Source: an uncultured Gammaproteobacteria bacterium (GTDB taxonomy: Bacteria > Patescibacteriota > Patescibacteriia > S139-126). Taken from it: a DNA stretch of 64,000 nt. The position numbers and the translations under genes are program-made. Position 1 is the first letter of the stretch, and each line of letters opens with the position of its first letter. The DNA is taken from contig CAZUKA010000001.1 of assembly GCA_964620905.1 (NCBI GenBank), forward strand, positions 647,646 through 711,645, given 5' to 3'. The notes below the pieces were generated by a model. That model saw nothing but the letters and a program-made list of their open reading frames with translations. It was not told where the DNA came from and searched no databases. Below are positions 36,443 through 46,934 of the stretch, in pieces.

Positions 36443-36835
36443 TTAGTTATTTGTCAAGTGATTACGAGAGTGTGCAATAATAAATACACCAGCACCAATC
36501 ATGTCCATCAATAAATCACCCATAGTATCTTTGATACTAAGTTGTAAAAAATTTAGATGGAAAAAGGTAGAAATCGTTTGGTCCCAAACAAATTCCCCCA
36601 ACTCCCAAACCACACCAAAAAAACATAAGACACAAAATACAAAAAAATACCTTGCCAGGCGCTGAGAGATGAGATGTCCTAAAATATCATAAATAATATA
36701 GCTTAAAAGCGCCCCCGTGCCAACATGCATGATAATGTCATAATTGGGGAAAATTTGATACAAAAAAATTACGCCCAGTAGATGAAACCAGGCGATACCT
36801 ACTAAAATATAATAATGTTTTGTTTTTATTTTCAT
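36443..36835 (-). CDS. Hypothetical membrane protein (DUF2238/VanZ-like)
   Basis: YDIIMH, WELGEF, DTMGDL. Confidence 0.65.
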   Translation of the reverse strand: MKIKTKHYYILVGIAWFHLLGVIFLYQIFPNYDIIMHVGTGALLSYIIYDILGHLISQRLARYFFVFCVLCFFGVVWELGEFVWDQTISTFFHLNFLQLSIKDTMGDLLMDMIGAGVFIIAHSRNHLTNN

Positions 36836-38031
36836 TTAATTTTGACAAAGGTTTTTTTACCAATCTGAATTAAATCGTTGGTTTTAAACTCCACTAGATC
36901 ATAAAGGTTGGTTATTTTCTCGCCATTTAACTTAACTGCCCCTTGTGACAACAATCGCCTGGCTTCACTTTTTGACGGACAAAGTTTATTGTCTGTCAAA
37001 AAATCAGGCCAGTTGTATTTCTTGTTTTTTAAAACTATCTCAGGTACGTCTAGGGGTATTTGTTTATGGGAAAAAACACTAATAAAATTTTTTGCTGCAC
37101 TTTCGGCTTTAGATTCACTATGGTACATGGTCACTACTGCTTTGGCTAATTCTATTTTTAAATCTCTGGGGTTGCGTCCACTGGACAATTCTGTTTTAAC
37201 TCGTTTCAAGTCCGTTTGTTTATACCTAGCAACTAATTCAAAATAAGACAACAACAATTCATCTGGAATAGACATAATTTTACCAAACTGTTCAGCTGCC
37301 GGGTCAGCTAAACCAATACTATTGCCTAAAGACTGACTCATTTTCATCTTGCCATCAGTACCTAATAATAACGGTACGGCTACAATATCCTGTGGCGCCT
37401 GGTTGTTATCTGTCTGTAAATTTCTAGCTTGCAATTCATTGAATTTTTGGTCTAAACCAATTACCGTAACGTCGCTTTTTAGTTCCACCGAGTCCCAACC
37501 CTGTAGCATAGGATACACCGGTTCATGATAATATATTTCTTTATTTTGTGCTTGCCGTTTTTGAAACATATCTCTTTCCAACATCCTAGCTACAGTAAAC
37601 TTGGATAAAAGTTTCAAACCTTGCTCAAAACTCCACTTATCATACCAATTACTGTTATCACGGATTTCTACTTTGCTGATATCTAAAATTTTTCCCAATT
37701 GTTGTAAATAATTTTTAGCAAGCCCCAATACTTCTTTTTTAGCACGCAAATCACGAGCTTTTTCTTTGTCAGCCGGATCACCAAAACGACCAGTGAATCC
37801 GCCAATCAAAAAAATGACCTGGTGCCCTAACTCCTGAAATTCTCGCAACTTGTGATAAACTACGCCATAACCTAAATGTAAATCTTTTGTCGTCGGGTCA
37901 ACGCCGTGTTTAACGCGTAATTTTTTACCGGATAACAATTTCTTTTTTAAATCATTCTTAACCACTACCTCAGCTACGCCGGTTGTCAAGAGTTCGTCTA
38001 TTCTTTTTTCGTCGGTTATAATTTTAATCAT
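36832..38031 (-). CDS. tyrS: Tyrosine--tRNA ligase
   Basis: GVDPT..DLHLGY, YPMLQGWD, DQKFN, KMSQS, C-terminal S4 domain; start chosen at MIKII. Confidence 0.95.
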   Translation of the reverse strand: MIKIITDEKRIDELLTTGVAEVVVKNDLKKKLLSGKKLRVKHGVDPTTKDLHLGYGVVYHKLREFQELGHQVIFLIGGFTGRFGDPADKEKARDLRAKKEVLGLAKNYLQQLGKILDISKVEIRDNSNWYDKWSFEQGLKLLSKFTVARMLERDMFQKRQAQNKEIYYHEPVYPMLQGWDSVELKSDVTVIGLDQKFNELQARNLQTDNNQAPQDIVAVPLLLGTDGKMKMSQSLGNSIGLADPAAEQFGKIMSIPDELLLSYFELVARYKQTDLKRVKTELSSGRNPRDLKIELAKAVVTMYHSESKAESAAKNFISVFSHKQIPLDVPEIVLKNKKYNWPDFLTDNKLCPSKSEARRLLSQGAVKLNGEKITNLYDLVEFKTNDLIQIGKKTFVKIK

Positions 38032-38082
38032 ATTGAGTGCTTTTTTATTATATCTAAATATTGATATAATAAAAAGAGGTTT

Positions 38083-40659
38083 ATGAAAAACACCAACAAA
38101 CACAACTTATACTCCCCTAAAAACTGGCAACAAAGAAAAAAGGGTATTTCGCGAAGAGAAAATTGGCGCCAACTTCCGGCTTTTTTTAGGCGCAAAAAGT
38201 TTTGGCGCTGGTTGGGTTTACTTTTAGTTGGGGCGATTGCCACTGGGGCTGTCGCTTCAGTAGTGGTTTTTGCTTGGGTTTCCCGGAATTTACCTGAACC
38301 AGGAAAACTACAACAGAGATTACTTCCGGAAAGCACCAAAATTTACGATCGTACTGGTGAAAACATTCTTTATGAAATACACGGCGACCAAAAAAGAACC
38401 TTGATTAAATTAGCTGACATTCCCGCTAATACTGTCAATGCTTTTATTGCTCTGGAAGATAAAAATTTTTTTGAACACAAGGGTTTATCTATAAAACACA
38501 TTATTAAAGCGGTTGCCCTTTATGGTTTTAAAAAAGTTGGTCTATACAATGGTTTAGTACCCGGTGGTTCAACTCTTACTCAACAATTTGTTAAAAATTC
38601 TATTTTAACAAATGAAAAAACCGCCATTAGAAAAATGAAAGAGTGGATTTTATCTTATCAGATAGAAAAAAAATATAGCAAAGAAGAAATTCTGGAAATG
38701 TATTTTAATGAAATTCCTTTTGGTTCCACAGCTTATGGGATTGAATCGGCCGCCCAAACTTATTTTGGCAAATCTGTCAAAGAACTAAATTTGTCAGAAA
38801 GTGCTATCTTGGCAGCCATGATTCAGGCCCCCACTTATTATTCCCCTTACGGCAATCATGTGGATGAGCTACTGGCTAGACAAAAATTTGTTTTGCAAGA
38901 AATGCTGGACATGAAATTTATCACGCCAGAAGAAGCGACTACCGCTGAAGAAACAAAGGTAGAATTTAAAAGATCACTGGGTAACATTACTGCTCCCCAC
39001 TTTGTCTTATATGTTAAAGAACTGTTGACACAAAAGTTTGGCGAACGTTTAGTGGAACAAGGTGGCTTAAAAGTTTATACTACCTTGGATTTATACAAAC
39101 AAAACATAGCTGAAGAAGTCATCAAAGAACAAGCCGAAAAAAATGCCACTAGTTGGAATGCCCAAAACGCTGCTCTGGTCTCAATTGATCCAAAAAACGG
39201 TGAGGTACTAGCTATGGTTGGTTCTAAAAATTTTTATGATGAATCTATTGATGGTCAGGTCAATGTGACGTTGCGTCCACGCCAACCAGGCTCATCTTTT
39301 AAGCCTATTGTTTATACTGCTGCCTGGGAAAAGGGTTATGTGCCAGAAACCGTTCTCTATGATGTTATTACCAAATTTAAAACCGACATGGGTAAAGACT
39401 ATGAACCAAAAAATTATGACAGTAAAGAACACGGGCCGGTATCACTTCGACAAGCTTTACAGGGATCTTTGAACATTCCTGCTGTTAAAACTTTATACCT
39501 AGTGGGTGTTCAATCCGCATTAGACCTAGCAGAAAAAATGGGGTATACCACTTTTGCCAATCGCTCTCGTTTTGGTTTGTCTTTAGTTCTGGGTGGAGGT
39601 GAAGTAAAACTACTTGAACACACCGCTGCTTTTGGAGCGCTAGCACGGGAAGGAAAAAAAGCTGAAACTGTCACTATCCTAAAAATTCTTGATAAAGACG
39701 GCCAGGTTCTGTTTGCTCACGAGCCAACCGAACCACAACAGGTAGTTGAGCAAAAAGCAGCCCGGATTACCAATTATGTTTTAGCTGACGATGAGGCGCG
39801 ATCTTTTATTTTCGGTCGCGGTAGTCTACTAACTTTACCTGATCGACCAGTAGCCGCCAAAACTGGCACAACCAATGATTATCGCGATGCTTGGACGGTT
39901 GGTTATACCCCCTCTCTAGTTACCGGGGTTTGGGTTGGAAATAATGATTTTTCAGAAATGAAGCGCGGTGCCGATGGTTCGATTGTTGCTGCTCCAATTT
40001 GGCACAATTTTATGAAACGCGTATTACAAAATACGCCTGTTGAAAGTTTCAATCAACTAACATATGACCTTCCTTCAAAACCTATGCTCAATGGCACAAC
40101 TGGAGCGGAATCGAAAGTGGTTGTTGATTCGCTGAGTGGTCTGTTGGCAACCGAATTTACCCCTGAACATTTGCGGGTTGAAAAAATTTTTCGGGAGGTT
40201 CATAATATTCTCTTTTTTGTAGATAAAAATAATCCTTTAGGTCCAATACCGGGTAAAAATTCAGTAGATCCACAATTTGAATCTTGGGAGGAGGCGGTGT
40301 TACGCTGGGCTAAAGCAAACAACATAACCACAGCTGAACTACCCCCAACTGAATTTGATAACCTACACACTTTAGAAAATAAGCCGATCTTAGATTTATT
40401 GGAGCCCTGGCCCGAACAAAATGTTGATACTAACTTTGTGGTGCGTATTTTTTGGCAGACTAAACAACCCCTAAAAAAGATCGAGGTTTTTATTGATGAT
40501 CAATTACAAAAAACCGCTACCAATATAGTAACGGCCAATTGGCAAACCTCTGTCTCACTACCAAATAATAGCTCTAGCAATGAACATTACTTGAAAGTGA
40601 TTGTTTATGATATTTACGACAACTCAAATTTAGCTTGGGTAAAAATATACCAACAATAA
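38083..40659 (+). CDS. Class A penicillin-binding protein (PBP1A family)
   Basis: EDKNF, GGSTLTQQ, RQPGSSFK, SLN, KTGT. Confidence 0.95.
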   Translation: MKNTNKHNLYSPKNWQQRKKGISRRENWRQLPAFFRRKKFWRWLGLLLVGAIATGAVASVVVFAWVSRNLPEPGKLQQRLLPESTKIYDRTGENILYEIHGDQKRTLIKLADIPANTVNAFIALEDKNFFEHKGLSIKHIIKAVALYGFKKVGLYNGLVPGGSTLTQQFVKNSILTNEKTAIRKMKEWILSYQIEKKYSKEEILEMYFNEIPFGSTAYGIESAAQTYFGKSVKELNLSESAILAAMIQAPTYYSPYGNHVDELLARQKFVLQEMLDMKFITPEEATTAEETKVEFKRSLGNITAPHFVLYVKELLTQKFGERLVEQGGLKVYTTLDLYKQNIAEEVIKEQAEKNATSWNAQNAALVSIDPKNGEVLAMVGSKNFYDESIDGQVNVTLRPRQPGSSFKPIVYTAAWEKGYVPETVLYDVITKFKTDMGKDYEPKNYDSKEHGPVSLRQALQGSLNIPAVKTLYLVGVQSALDLAEKMGYTTFANRSRFGLSLVLGGGEVKLLEHTAAFGALAREGKKAETVTILKILDKDGQVLFAHEPTEPQQVVEQKAARITNYVLADDEARSFIFGRGSLLTLPDRPVAAKTGTTNDYRDAWTVGYTPSLVTGVWVGNNDFSEMKRGADGSIVAAPIWHNFMKRVLQNTPVESFNQLTYDLPSKPMLNGTTGAESKVVVDSLSGLLATEFTPEHLRVEKIFREVHNILFFVDKNNPLGPIPGKNSVDPQFESWEEAVLRWAKANNITTAELPPTEFDNLHTLENKPILDLLEPWPEQNVDTNFVVRIFWQTKQPLKKIEVFIDDQLQKTATNIVTANWQTSVSLPNNSSSNEHYLKVIVYDIYDNSNLAWVKIYQQ

Positions 40660-40735
40660 AATAATTTAATGGGCCCCGTGTGTTTTTTGGTCTGAAGCTA
40701 GTATTTTGTAGTAATTTGGGGGTTGATTAATCTTT

Positions 40736-41839
40736 TTATTGTTTTATCGGCATGATGATATATAAATAATCATCTTTTTTTTCTGGAAGTATCATTCCGG
40801 GAAGACCCGGGTTGTTTATTTTGAATATAATTTCTTCTTCACTCAAAGCCCCTAATACATCCAATAAATAATGGTAGTTGAAAATTATTTGATTATTTTC
40901 GCCAGTAATTTTTGCTTCCACTGTGGTCTTGCTTTCACCCAACTGATCATTTAAAGCCTTAATATCTATTTGGTTGTCGTGAAAATAAAGATAAACATCG
41001 TTTATTCCTTGGCGACAAAACAAACTGGTGGCTTTTATGCTTTGTTGAAACTGACTTTTATTTACCAGTGCGTCGGTCTTACTTTCGGTGGGTATGATTT
41101 GTTTGTAGTCCGGGTATTCTCCTTCGGTGATACGAGAAATCATTGTGGTTGAATCGGTAACAAAACTTATTTGGTTGTCATTAAGATGCATTTTAATTTC
41201 TTGTCCTTTTTCTGTCTCCAACAACAAGCGATTTAATTCTTGCAAAGTAAAGGTGGGTATGATTATTTTTTTACTAAACTCGTCCGTGGTGGACGTATTT
41301 AATTTTTTTTCTGCCAGTCGATAGCTGTCGGTTGCTGCTAACACGGCCTGTTTTTTATTAAAATCAAACAATACGCCGCTTATTTCTGGCCGCGTGCTGT
41401 CATAAGCAGTAGCAAATAAAACTAAATTTAATGCGTTTTTAAGTTCTTCGACATTAAAGACAACTGTGTTTTTTTTATCTATTTCTGGAATCAAAGGGAA
41501 TTCTGAATAATCAGAGCCTTTTAAAATAGTGTGGGCGTTATCACACACTATTTCCAGGTTGTTTTTACTGGCGCTGATTTCGATTTTATCGGTTTTTATA
41601 TTTTGAATATAATCATTAAAAAGTCGGGCTGGTACGGCAAGCGAGCCCTCTTCCTCTACTTTTCCTCGCACTACACTTTTGATACCAATTTCTAAGTTGG
41701 TGGTAGATAAAATCATCCCTCCACCTTTTATTTCCACTAAAACGTTGTTTAGAATAGGCAGGTTTTGATTTTTTCCGGCTAAATGAGCGACTTGCGATAA
41801 ACCTTTTTTCAAATTGTCTTGCTTACAAATAAATTTCAT
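40736..41839 (-). CDS. dnaN: DNA polymerase III beta clamp
   Basis: LPILNNVL, ATDSYRLA, GEYPDY, YIIMPIK. Confidence 0.97.
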   Translation of the reverse strand: MKFICKQDNLKKGLSQVAHLAGKNQNLPILNNVLVEIKGGGMILSTTNLEIGIKSVVRGKVEEEGSLAVPARLFNDYIQNIKTDKIEISASKNNLEIVCDNAHTILKGSDYSEFPLIPEIDKKNTVVFNVEELKNALNLVLFATAYDSTRPEISGVLFDFNKKQAVLAATDSYRLAEKKLNTSTTDEFSKKIIIPTFTLQELNRLLLETEKGQEIKMHLNDNQISFVTDSTTMISRITEGEYPDYKQIIPTESKTDALVNKSQFQQSIKATSLFCRQGINDVYLYFHDNQIDIKALNDQLGESKTTVEAKITGENNQIIFNYHYLLDVLGALSEEEIIFKINNPGLPGMILPEKKDDYLYIIMPIKQ

Positions 41840-41845
41840 ATATTT

Positions 41846-41888
41846 TTAATAAGTAGTATTAATAAGGGTTGTGTAAGGGGTGGAAAAC
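41846..41888 (-). other. oriC basal unwinding element: two tandem DnaA-box-like 9-mers, short GC tract, DnaA-trios
   Basis: Read toward dnaN: TTTTCCACC CCTTACACA ACCC TTATTAATACTACTTATTA, the same layout as the B. subtilis dnaA-dnaN unwinding region. Confidence 0.75.
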
Positions 41889-42063
41889 TTTTTTTTCATT
41901 TTAAATATAAGCGAAAAAAATTTTATTTTTTTTAAAAACTATGTATAAAAAGAGCAAAAACTATTGACACAAAAAGTAAAAAATTTTTTTCTTGTTTTTA
42001 TCAACCAGATATTAAGAAGAAAACTTTTAATATAAGATAATTTATAAACAACTTATAAATAAA

Positions 42064-43428
42064 TTAATCGCTGTTATAAAGTTTTTGTTTTATCATTTCA
42101 ATGTCGCGAGAAATTTTTTCGTCATTCTCAATCTCCCTGCTTATTTTATTACAAGCATGCATGGCGGTAGTATGGTCGCGACCACCCAACTCTTGTCCAA
42201 TATTAGGATAGGAAGCATTCAATTCCTCCCGCATTAGAAACATTACAATTTGTCGGGGGACAACCAGTTCTTTTTTGCGGCTATTTCCAACCAAACCTTC
42301 ATTTTCAATATCAAAGTACTCGGCCACGGTATTAATAATTTTTTTCGGAGTAATATGCCCCCTCTTAGCACTAGCCGAAAGCGAAACAACAATAGACTTT
42401 ACACTTTCCTCAGTCGGAGGGGTGTTGTTTAGTTGATGAAAAGCAATAATTTTATTCAAAATTCCTTCCAATTCGCGAACATTATTTTGTACAGTGGTTG
42501 CTATAATTCTTACAATATTGTCGGACAAAGAAAGGTTTTTTTCTTTCATTTTTGAAATAATAATAGCCATTCTGGTTTCTAGATCCGGAGCGTTTACATC
42601 TACGATCATACCCCATTCAAAACGGGAAATTAATCTTTGTTCAAGCGCTGGGATGGCTTTGGGTGGACGGTCGGAAGAGATAATAATTTGTTTATTTTCT
42701 TGGTGTAAAGCATTGAAAGTATGAAAAAATTCTTCTTGAGTCTGTTCTTTACCGGCTAAAAATTGGATATCATCAACCAATAAAACATCAATCGAACGAT
42801 ATTTTTCTTTAAATTTTTTTGCTTCACCTTGTTGTACAAGTTGAATAAAATCATTGGTAAATTTTTCACTAGTAACATAAAGAACCTTTTTTTGTGGCGA
42901 GGTTTCTAAAATATAATTTCCCACAGCTTGCATTAAGTGAGTTTTTCCTAAACCAACACCACCATAAATAAAAAGCGGGTTATAAACCTCACCTGGTTTT
43001 TTGGCTACAGCCAAACAAGCGGCGTGAGCCAGCTCGTTTCCCTTGCCCACCACAAAGCTTTGGAAAGTATATTTTGGATTTAAGCCGACTTTATTGTTGG
43101 TGTTTTGCTGGCTTGTAACCTTGGTTTCCGAATGGTTAAATTGAATAGTTGGTTGATTAGCTGGTTGAACAGGTTTTTCTTTTGTTTCTACGACGTAGTT
43201 AACACGTGAATAATTTTTGTCAGTGACATTTTTTAAAGCATCAGTGATATATTTGTGATATTTTTTTTCTAACCAAGCTTTGGTAAATGCGTTAGGAACA
43301 GCCACCACTATCTCTTGCTCCTCAATTTGTAAGATAAAAGTATTTTTAAACCAGGTAGTGAAATTGGCCTTGCTTAAATTTAGTTCCAGTTCACCTAAGA
43401 TTGCTTCCCAAAGTTGTTTGGCGTCCAT
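42064..43428 (-). CDS. dnaA: Chromosomal replication initiator DnaA
   Basis: NPLFIYGGVGLGKTHL, LLVDDIQF, GGRDHTT. Confidence 0.99.
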   Translation of the reverse strand: MDAKQLWEAILGELELNLSKANFTTWFKNTFILQIEEQEIVVAVPNAFTKAWLEKKYHKYITDALKNVTDKNYSRVNYVVETKEKPVQPANQPTIQFNHSETKVTSQQNTNNKVGLNPKYTFQSFVVGKGNELAHAACLAVAKKPGEVYNPLFIYGGVGLGKTHLMQAVGNYILETSPQKKVLYVTSEKFTNDFIQLVQQGEAKKFKEKYRSIDVLLVDDIQFLAGKEQTQEEFFHTFNALHQENKQIIISSDRPPKAIPALEQRLISRFEWGMIVDVNAPDLETRMAIIISKMKEKNLSLSDNIVRIIATTVQNNVRELEGILNKIIAFHQLNNTPPTEESVKSIVVSLSASAKRGHITPKKIINTVAEYFDIENEGLVGNSRKKELVVPRQIVMFLMREELNASYPNIGQELGGRDHTTAMHACNKISREIENDEKISRDIEMIKQKLYNSD

Positions 43429-43528
43429 ATTTATTTTTGATTAGATTGAGTAATATAATAACGCTTCACATTATAACATTAAAAATAGTTTTTCTAAACC
43501 ATCAGACAGATATAAATAGGTGATAAAG

Positions 43529-43578
43529 TGTTGAAAAGATGTGAAAAGAAAAAGTGGTTGCAATATTACTTACCCACA
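43529..43578. promoter_or_regulatory. Degenerate DnaA boxes upstream of dnaA
   Basis: TGTTGAAAA 43529, TGTGAAAAG 43540, TTACCCACA 43570. Confidence 0.5.
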
Positions 43579-43645
43579 ATTAAAATTTTTCACTTTGACC
43601 GAAAGATTAGTTCTTGCTATATTTATTTTATTAATAAATAAAACT

Positions 43646-43783
43646 ATGCCCAAAAGGACATACCAACCCAAAAAAAGAAAAAGAAAAAAAACCCACGGTT
43701 TTAGAAGGAGAAATTCAACCGCTAAAGGACGAAAGGTATTAAAAAGGAGAAGAGCAAAAGGAAGAAAAAAATTGACAGTCTAA
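43646..43783 (+). CDS. rpmH: 50S ribosomal protein L34
   Basis: [22 protein letters not shown]; true start at 43646. Confidence 0.97.
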   Translation: MPKRTYQPKKRKRKKTHGFRRRNSTAKGRKVLKRRRAKGRKKLTV

Positions 43784-43788
43784 GATTT

Positions 43789-44121
43789 ATGCTGGCGAGC
43801 CAATATCGTCTGAGGAAAAAGAATGATTTTGCCAAAGTAGCTAAATACGGCAGAAAGAAACACTCGGCTTTTTTTATTTGTTATGAATATCGTAGCAACC
43901 AACAGCAAAAACTTCCTCGTTTTGGTATTGTAATTTCCCAAAAAATTTCAAAGAAAGCTACCATTAGAAATAAATTAAGGCGTTGGATAAAAAGTGATTT
44001 ATATAAGAAAACGAAGCTATTGTTGCCACACGACTATATGATATTGGTTAAAAAAGAAGCTGTTCTTAAAACACACGCAGAATTAACTATGGACTTAAAT
44101 AGGTTATGCTCAAAAAAATAA
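43789..44121 (+). CDS. rnpA: Ribonuclease P protein component
   Basis: RLRKKNDF, RFGIVISQKI, KATIRNKLRR; synteny. Confidence 0.92.
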   Translation: MLASQYRLRKKNDFAKVAKYGRKKHSAFFICYEYRSNQQQKLPRFGIVISQKISKKATIRNKLRRWIKSDLYKKTKLLLPHDYMILVKKEAVLKTHAELTMDLNRLCSKK

Positions 44122-44375
44122 TAAAAATTCCAGGACAAGTGGCAATTTTGCTGATTAAACTTTACCAAAAAACACTTTCTTTAGATCACGGACCATTGCG
44201 TTTCTTTTATCAACGTGGTGCTTGTCGTTTTTATCCTACCTGTTCACAGTATGCAGTAGAATCAATCAGTAAAAACGGCCTAGTTATAGGTGGTTGGCAA
44301 ACACTTAACAGGTTGCGACGCTGTCACCCATTTAGTGTTGGCGGTTATGACCCAATAAATAAAAATAATCTATGA
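44106..44375 (+). CDS. yidD: Membrane protein insertion efficiency factor
   Basis: CRFYPTCSQY, RCHPF, GGYDP. Confidence 0.95.
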   Translation: MLKKIIKIPGQVAILLIKLYQKTLSLDHGPLRFFYQRGACRFYPTCSQYAVESISKNGLVIGGWQTLNRLRRCHPFSVGGYDPINKNNL

Positions 44376-45112
44376 TAGTAGAGTTTTTTAGTAAAATATT
44401 TTATATACCCCTTTTCAATCTACTGGTTTGGCTTTACAATGTTTTGCCGTGGCCAGACTTAGGTTTAGCGATTATATTGATCACCATAATAATTAAAATA
44501 ATTTTATATCCGTTAAATAAAAAAGCTATTGTTTCACAAAAAGCTTTACAAGATTTACAACCGAAGATTGAAGAAATCAGAAAAAAACACAGTCAAGACA
44601 AAGAGGCTCAAGCGCGTGCTACCATCGAACTTTATAAACAAGAAAAAATTAATCCCGCTTCTTCATGTCTGCCGATTTTAGTACAACTCCCCTTTTTGAT
44701 AGCTGTTTATCATATTTTTCGAACCGCTTTGACCAACGGTTCCTTGGATCTCTTATATCCTTTTATTCAGAACCCGGGTGAATTAAAAACTATTGCGTTT
44801 GGTTTTTTGGAGCTGTCTAAAAAGAGTATCTGGCTGGCTTTACTAGCAGGATTGGCTCAGTTCTGGCAAGGCAAGATGTTGGTAACCAAACGACCAGTGA
44901 TAAAATCACCCGAGTCGAAGGATGAAAATTTGGCAGCAATAATGAACAAACAAATGGTTTATGTTATGCCAATTTTTACTGTTTTTATTGGTATATCTTT
45001 TCCCGCGGGCCTTACTCTATATTGGTTTGTTAATACTTTGTTAACCGGTTTGCAGCAAATGCTGGTTTTTAAGAAAAAAGAAAATGACACTAACCACCAA
45101 ACAACTAATTAA
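44372..45112 (+). CDS. yidC: Membrane protein insertase YidC
   Basis: GLAIILIT, LQPKI, CLPILVQLP, GLTLYW. Confidence 0.95.
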   Translation: MIVEFFSKIFYIPLFNLLVWLYNVLPWPDLGLAIILITIIIKIILYPLNKKAIVSQKALQDLQPKIEEIRKKHSQDKEAQARATIELYKQEKINPASSCLPILVQLPFLIAVYHIFRTALTNGSLDLLYPFIQNPGELKTIAFGFLELSKKSIWLALLAGLAQFWQGKMLVTKRPVIKSPESKDENLAAIMNKQMVYVMPIFTVFIGISFPAGLTLYWFVNTLLTGLQQMLVFKKKENDTNHQTTN

Positions 45113-45395
45113 TCTGCCAGTTTTTACTGAATCAGGACAAAAAATAGGCAAAGTTTTTGTTTTAGAGGTTGATGAAAAAAATCACGTAATTGAAAAGTAT
45201 GTTGTTAAAACTAACAATTTTTTTAAATTTGTTCCCACAACTTTGTTGTTGTCGCCCCGCCAAATTGTTAGAATAAACGAAAAAGAAATGATCGTGACAG
45301 ATGCTACAATCAGGATATTGGAAAAAAAACAAATCAAAAAAAATCCTCCCTTAGAGGATCCGAGCGCAGTCGTTTATATACAACCGGAGAATTAA
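45084..45395 (+). CDS. PRC-barrel domain protein
   Basis: LINLPVFTESGQKIGKV. Confidence 0.8.
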   Translation: MTLTTKQLINLPVFTESGQKIGKVFVLEVDEKNHVIEKYVVKTNNFFKFVPTTLLLSPRQIVRINEKEMIVTDATIRILEKKQIKKNPPLEDPSAVVYIQPEN

Positions 45396-46147
45396 ACAAA
45401 GATTCGGTTTTTGCCCATAATAACTTTTAATTTCTCCCCTGCCACTTCGACCAGAAGCGGCGTTTTCATAGTTTGCTGATTGTCAATTTTTACTTGAAGA
45501 GAAGAATTTTGGTGTTGAATAATTACTTTTTTGTTTTTTAAAACAGTAGGAAGTTTTTTCTGGTTGGTGATTTTACTAAGTAGTCGGGATTGTTGAGGAG
45601 TGATAATAGTCTCTAAATAACCATCAGTCGGATTGGCTAGGTGATTGTCTGACCAATAATTAAAATTATAAATATTTATATTTGATTTTTTATCAACCAA
45701 GATATTATAACTGTCGTCACACTCCAGTTTTATTTCTCCAGGTTGAATTTCCAACTGGGAAAGAAAGTAAAAATTTTTTACTTTACCCATATCAATTTTT
45801 TTTATAATTCGTGAGGCCAGAGCGTTACAAGCCTCTAGCGGACTGTTTAATCCTAAGGTGCGAGCGATTTTTAAATTCAAACCGATCGGGATTATACCCA
45901 AACAAACATCAGTGTAATATGCAATTACATTGACGACTTTACTAACAGTGGTATCATCACCCACCGCCACTATTGTTTTGGCACCTTTTTTTATTTCATC
46001 AACAATTAACTCTTGGGGATTGTTAAGTAAATTAAGCTTGCCAATTTTTCCTTTAATTTCCAAGTCAGTGAGTCGGTTTTCAATTTTTGCCAATAATGGT
46101 TCGTATTTTTTGTCAGACAAAAATTGATCATAAACATAATAATACAT
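45392..46147 (-). CDS. Diacylglycerol-kinase-family protein (degenerate)
   Basis: IVAVGDDTT, LGIIPIG, IARTLG, IDMGKV. Confidence 0.75.
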   Translation of the reverse strand: MYYYVYDQFLSDKKYEPLLAKIENRLTDLEIKGKIGKLNLLNNPQELIVDEIKKGAKTIVAVGDDTTVSKVVNVIAYYTDVCLGIIPIGLNLKIARTLGLNSPLEACNALASRIIKKIDMGKVKNFYFLSQLEIQPGEIKLECDDSYNILVDKKSNINIYNFNYWSDNHLANPTDGYLETIITPQQSRLLSKITNQKKLPTVLKNKKVIIQHQNSSLQVKIDNQQTMKTPLLVEVAGEKLKVIMGKNRIFV

Positions 46148-46151
46148 AAAA

Positions 46152-46514
46152 TTATTTTGTCGAATCTTGGGATTGATTGGTTTTTAACATTTGGCATTGG
46201 CCATTAAAAAAACTCCCAGCTTCAATTGACAGTGTTTCACAGGAAATATTACCTTCAATTCTTGCCGTTTTAGTGATTTCTAAATGCTTTTTTACTTTTA
46301 TTTCACCAGTTAAACGACCCGAGATGACTGCGCTCATAGCTTCAACATTTGCTTGAACATTGGCTTCTCGGCCCACTTTTAAGGAATGCTCGGTCTTAAT
46401 TGTTCCTTTAAGGTTGCCCTCAATAATTACATCGCCTTGGCCAGCAAAATTGCCCTCTACCTCAACCGCATGACCTATAATAGTTTGTGACTCTGTTGAA
46501 TTTTTATCTTTCAT
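46152..46514 (-). CDS. Bactofilin (polymer-forming cytoskeletal protein)
   Basis: TIIG..VEVEGN...GDVIIEG...GSFFNGQC beta-helix pattern. Confidence 0.92.
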   Translation of the reverse strand: MKDKNSTESQTIIGHAVEVEGNFAGQGDVIIEGNLKGTIKTEHSLKVGREANVQANVEAMSAVISGRLTGEIKVKKHLEITKTARIEGNISCETLSIEAGSFFNGQCQMLKTNQSQDSTK

Positions 46515-46678
46515 AAAATTAGTTAATGGTTAATAATCTAATTTTAGTGCTTTTTAGACAAAAACAAAAGGTTTTGAAACAATAGCCATAATTTTCTGAA
46601 CATGCTAAACTACTATTTAGCAAGAAATTATTCAAATATAATATTTTACGACACTTATTTTTATCTAATATTAGCCAA

Positions 46679-46753
46679 GACCCTATAGTTTAACGGATAA
46701 AACAAGAACCTCCTAAGTTCTAGATCCAGGTTCAATTCCTGGTGGGGTCACCA
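46679..46753 (+). tRNA. tRNA-Arg(CCT)
   Basis: GACCCTA/TGGGGTC-A-CCA; AGAAC-CTCCTAA-GTTCT. Confidence 0.93.
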
Positions 46754-46762
46754 ACTGCATTT

Positions 46763-46839
46763 GGGCCCGTAGCTCAGTTGGCCAGAGCGCTGCATTCGCA
46801 TTGCAGAGGTCAGGGGTTCAACTCCCCTCGGGTCCACCA
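46763..46839 (+). tRNA. tRNA-Ala(CGC)
   Basis: GGGCCCG/CGGGTCC with the G3:U70 pair; CTGCA-TTCGCAT-TGCAG. Confidence 0.93.
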
Positions 46840-46934
46840 GTAAACCACATTAAGCACGAAATAAGCTAAACTCTCAAAGCTTATAGTCATGCAGTTCAAT
46901 TTATATCTGATAAATCTAATTTTATTTTATTAAA

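Noticed and set aside
43541-43645. N-terminal extension of L34 in the ORF track (also the extended starts of valS, tyrS, ruvC and the 12484 and 22848 ORFs)
   Set aside because: Upstream alternative starts fall in promoter or leader DNA; homology begins at the downstream ATG
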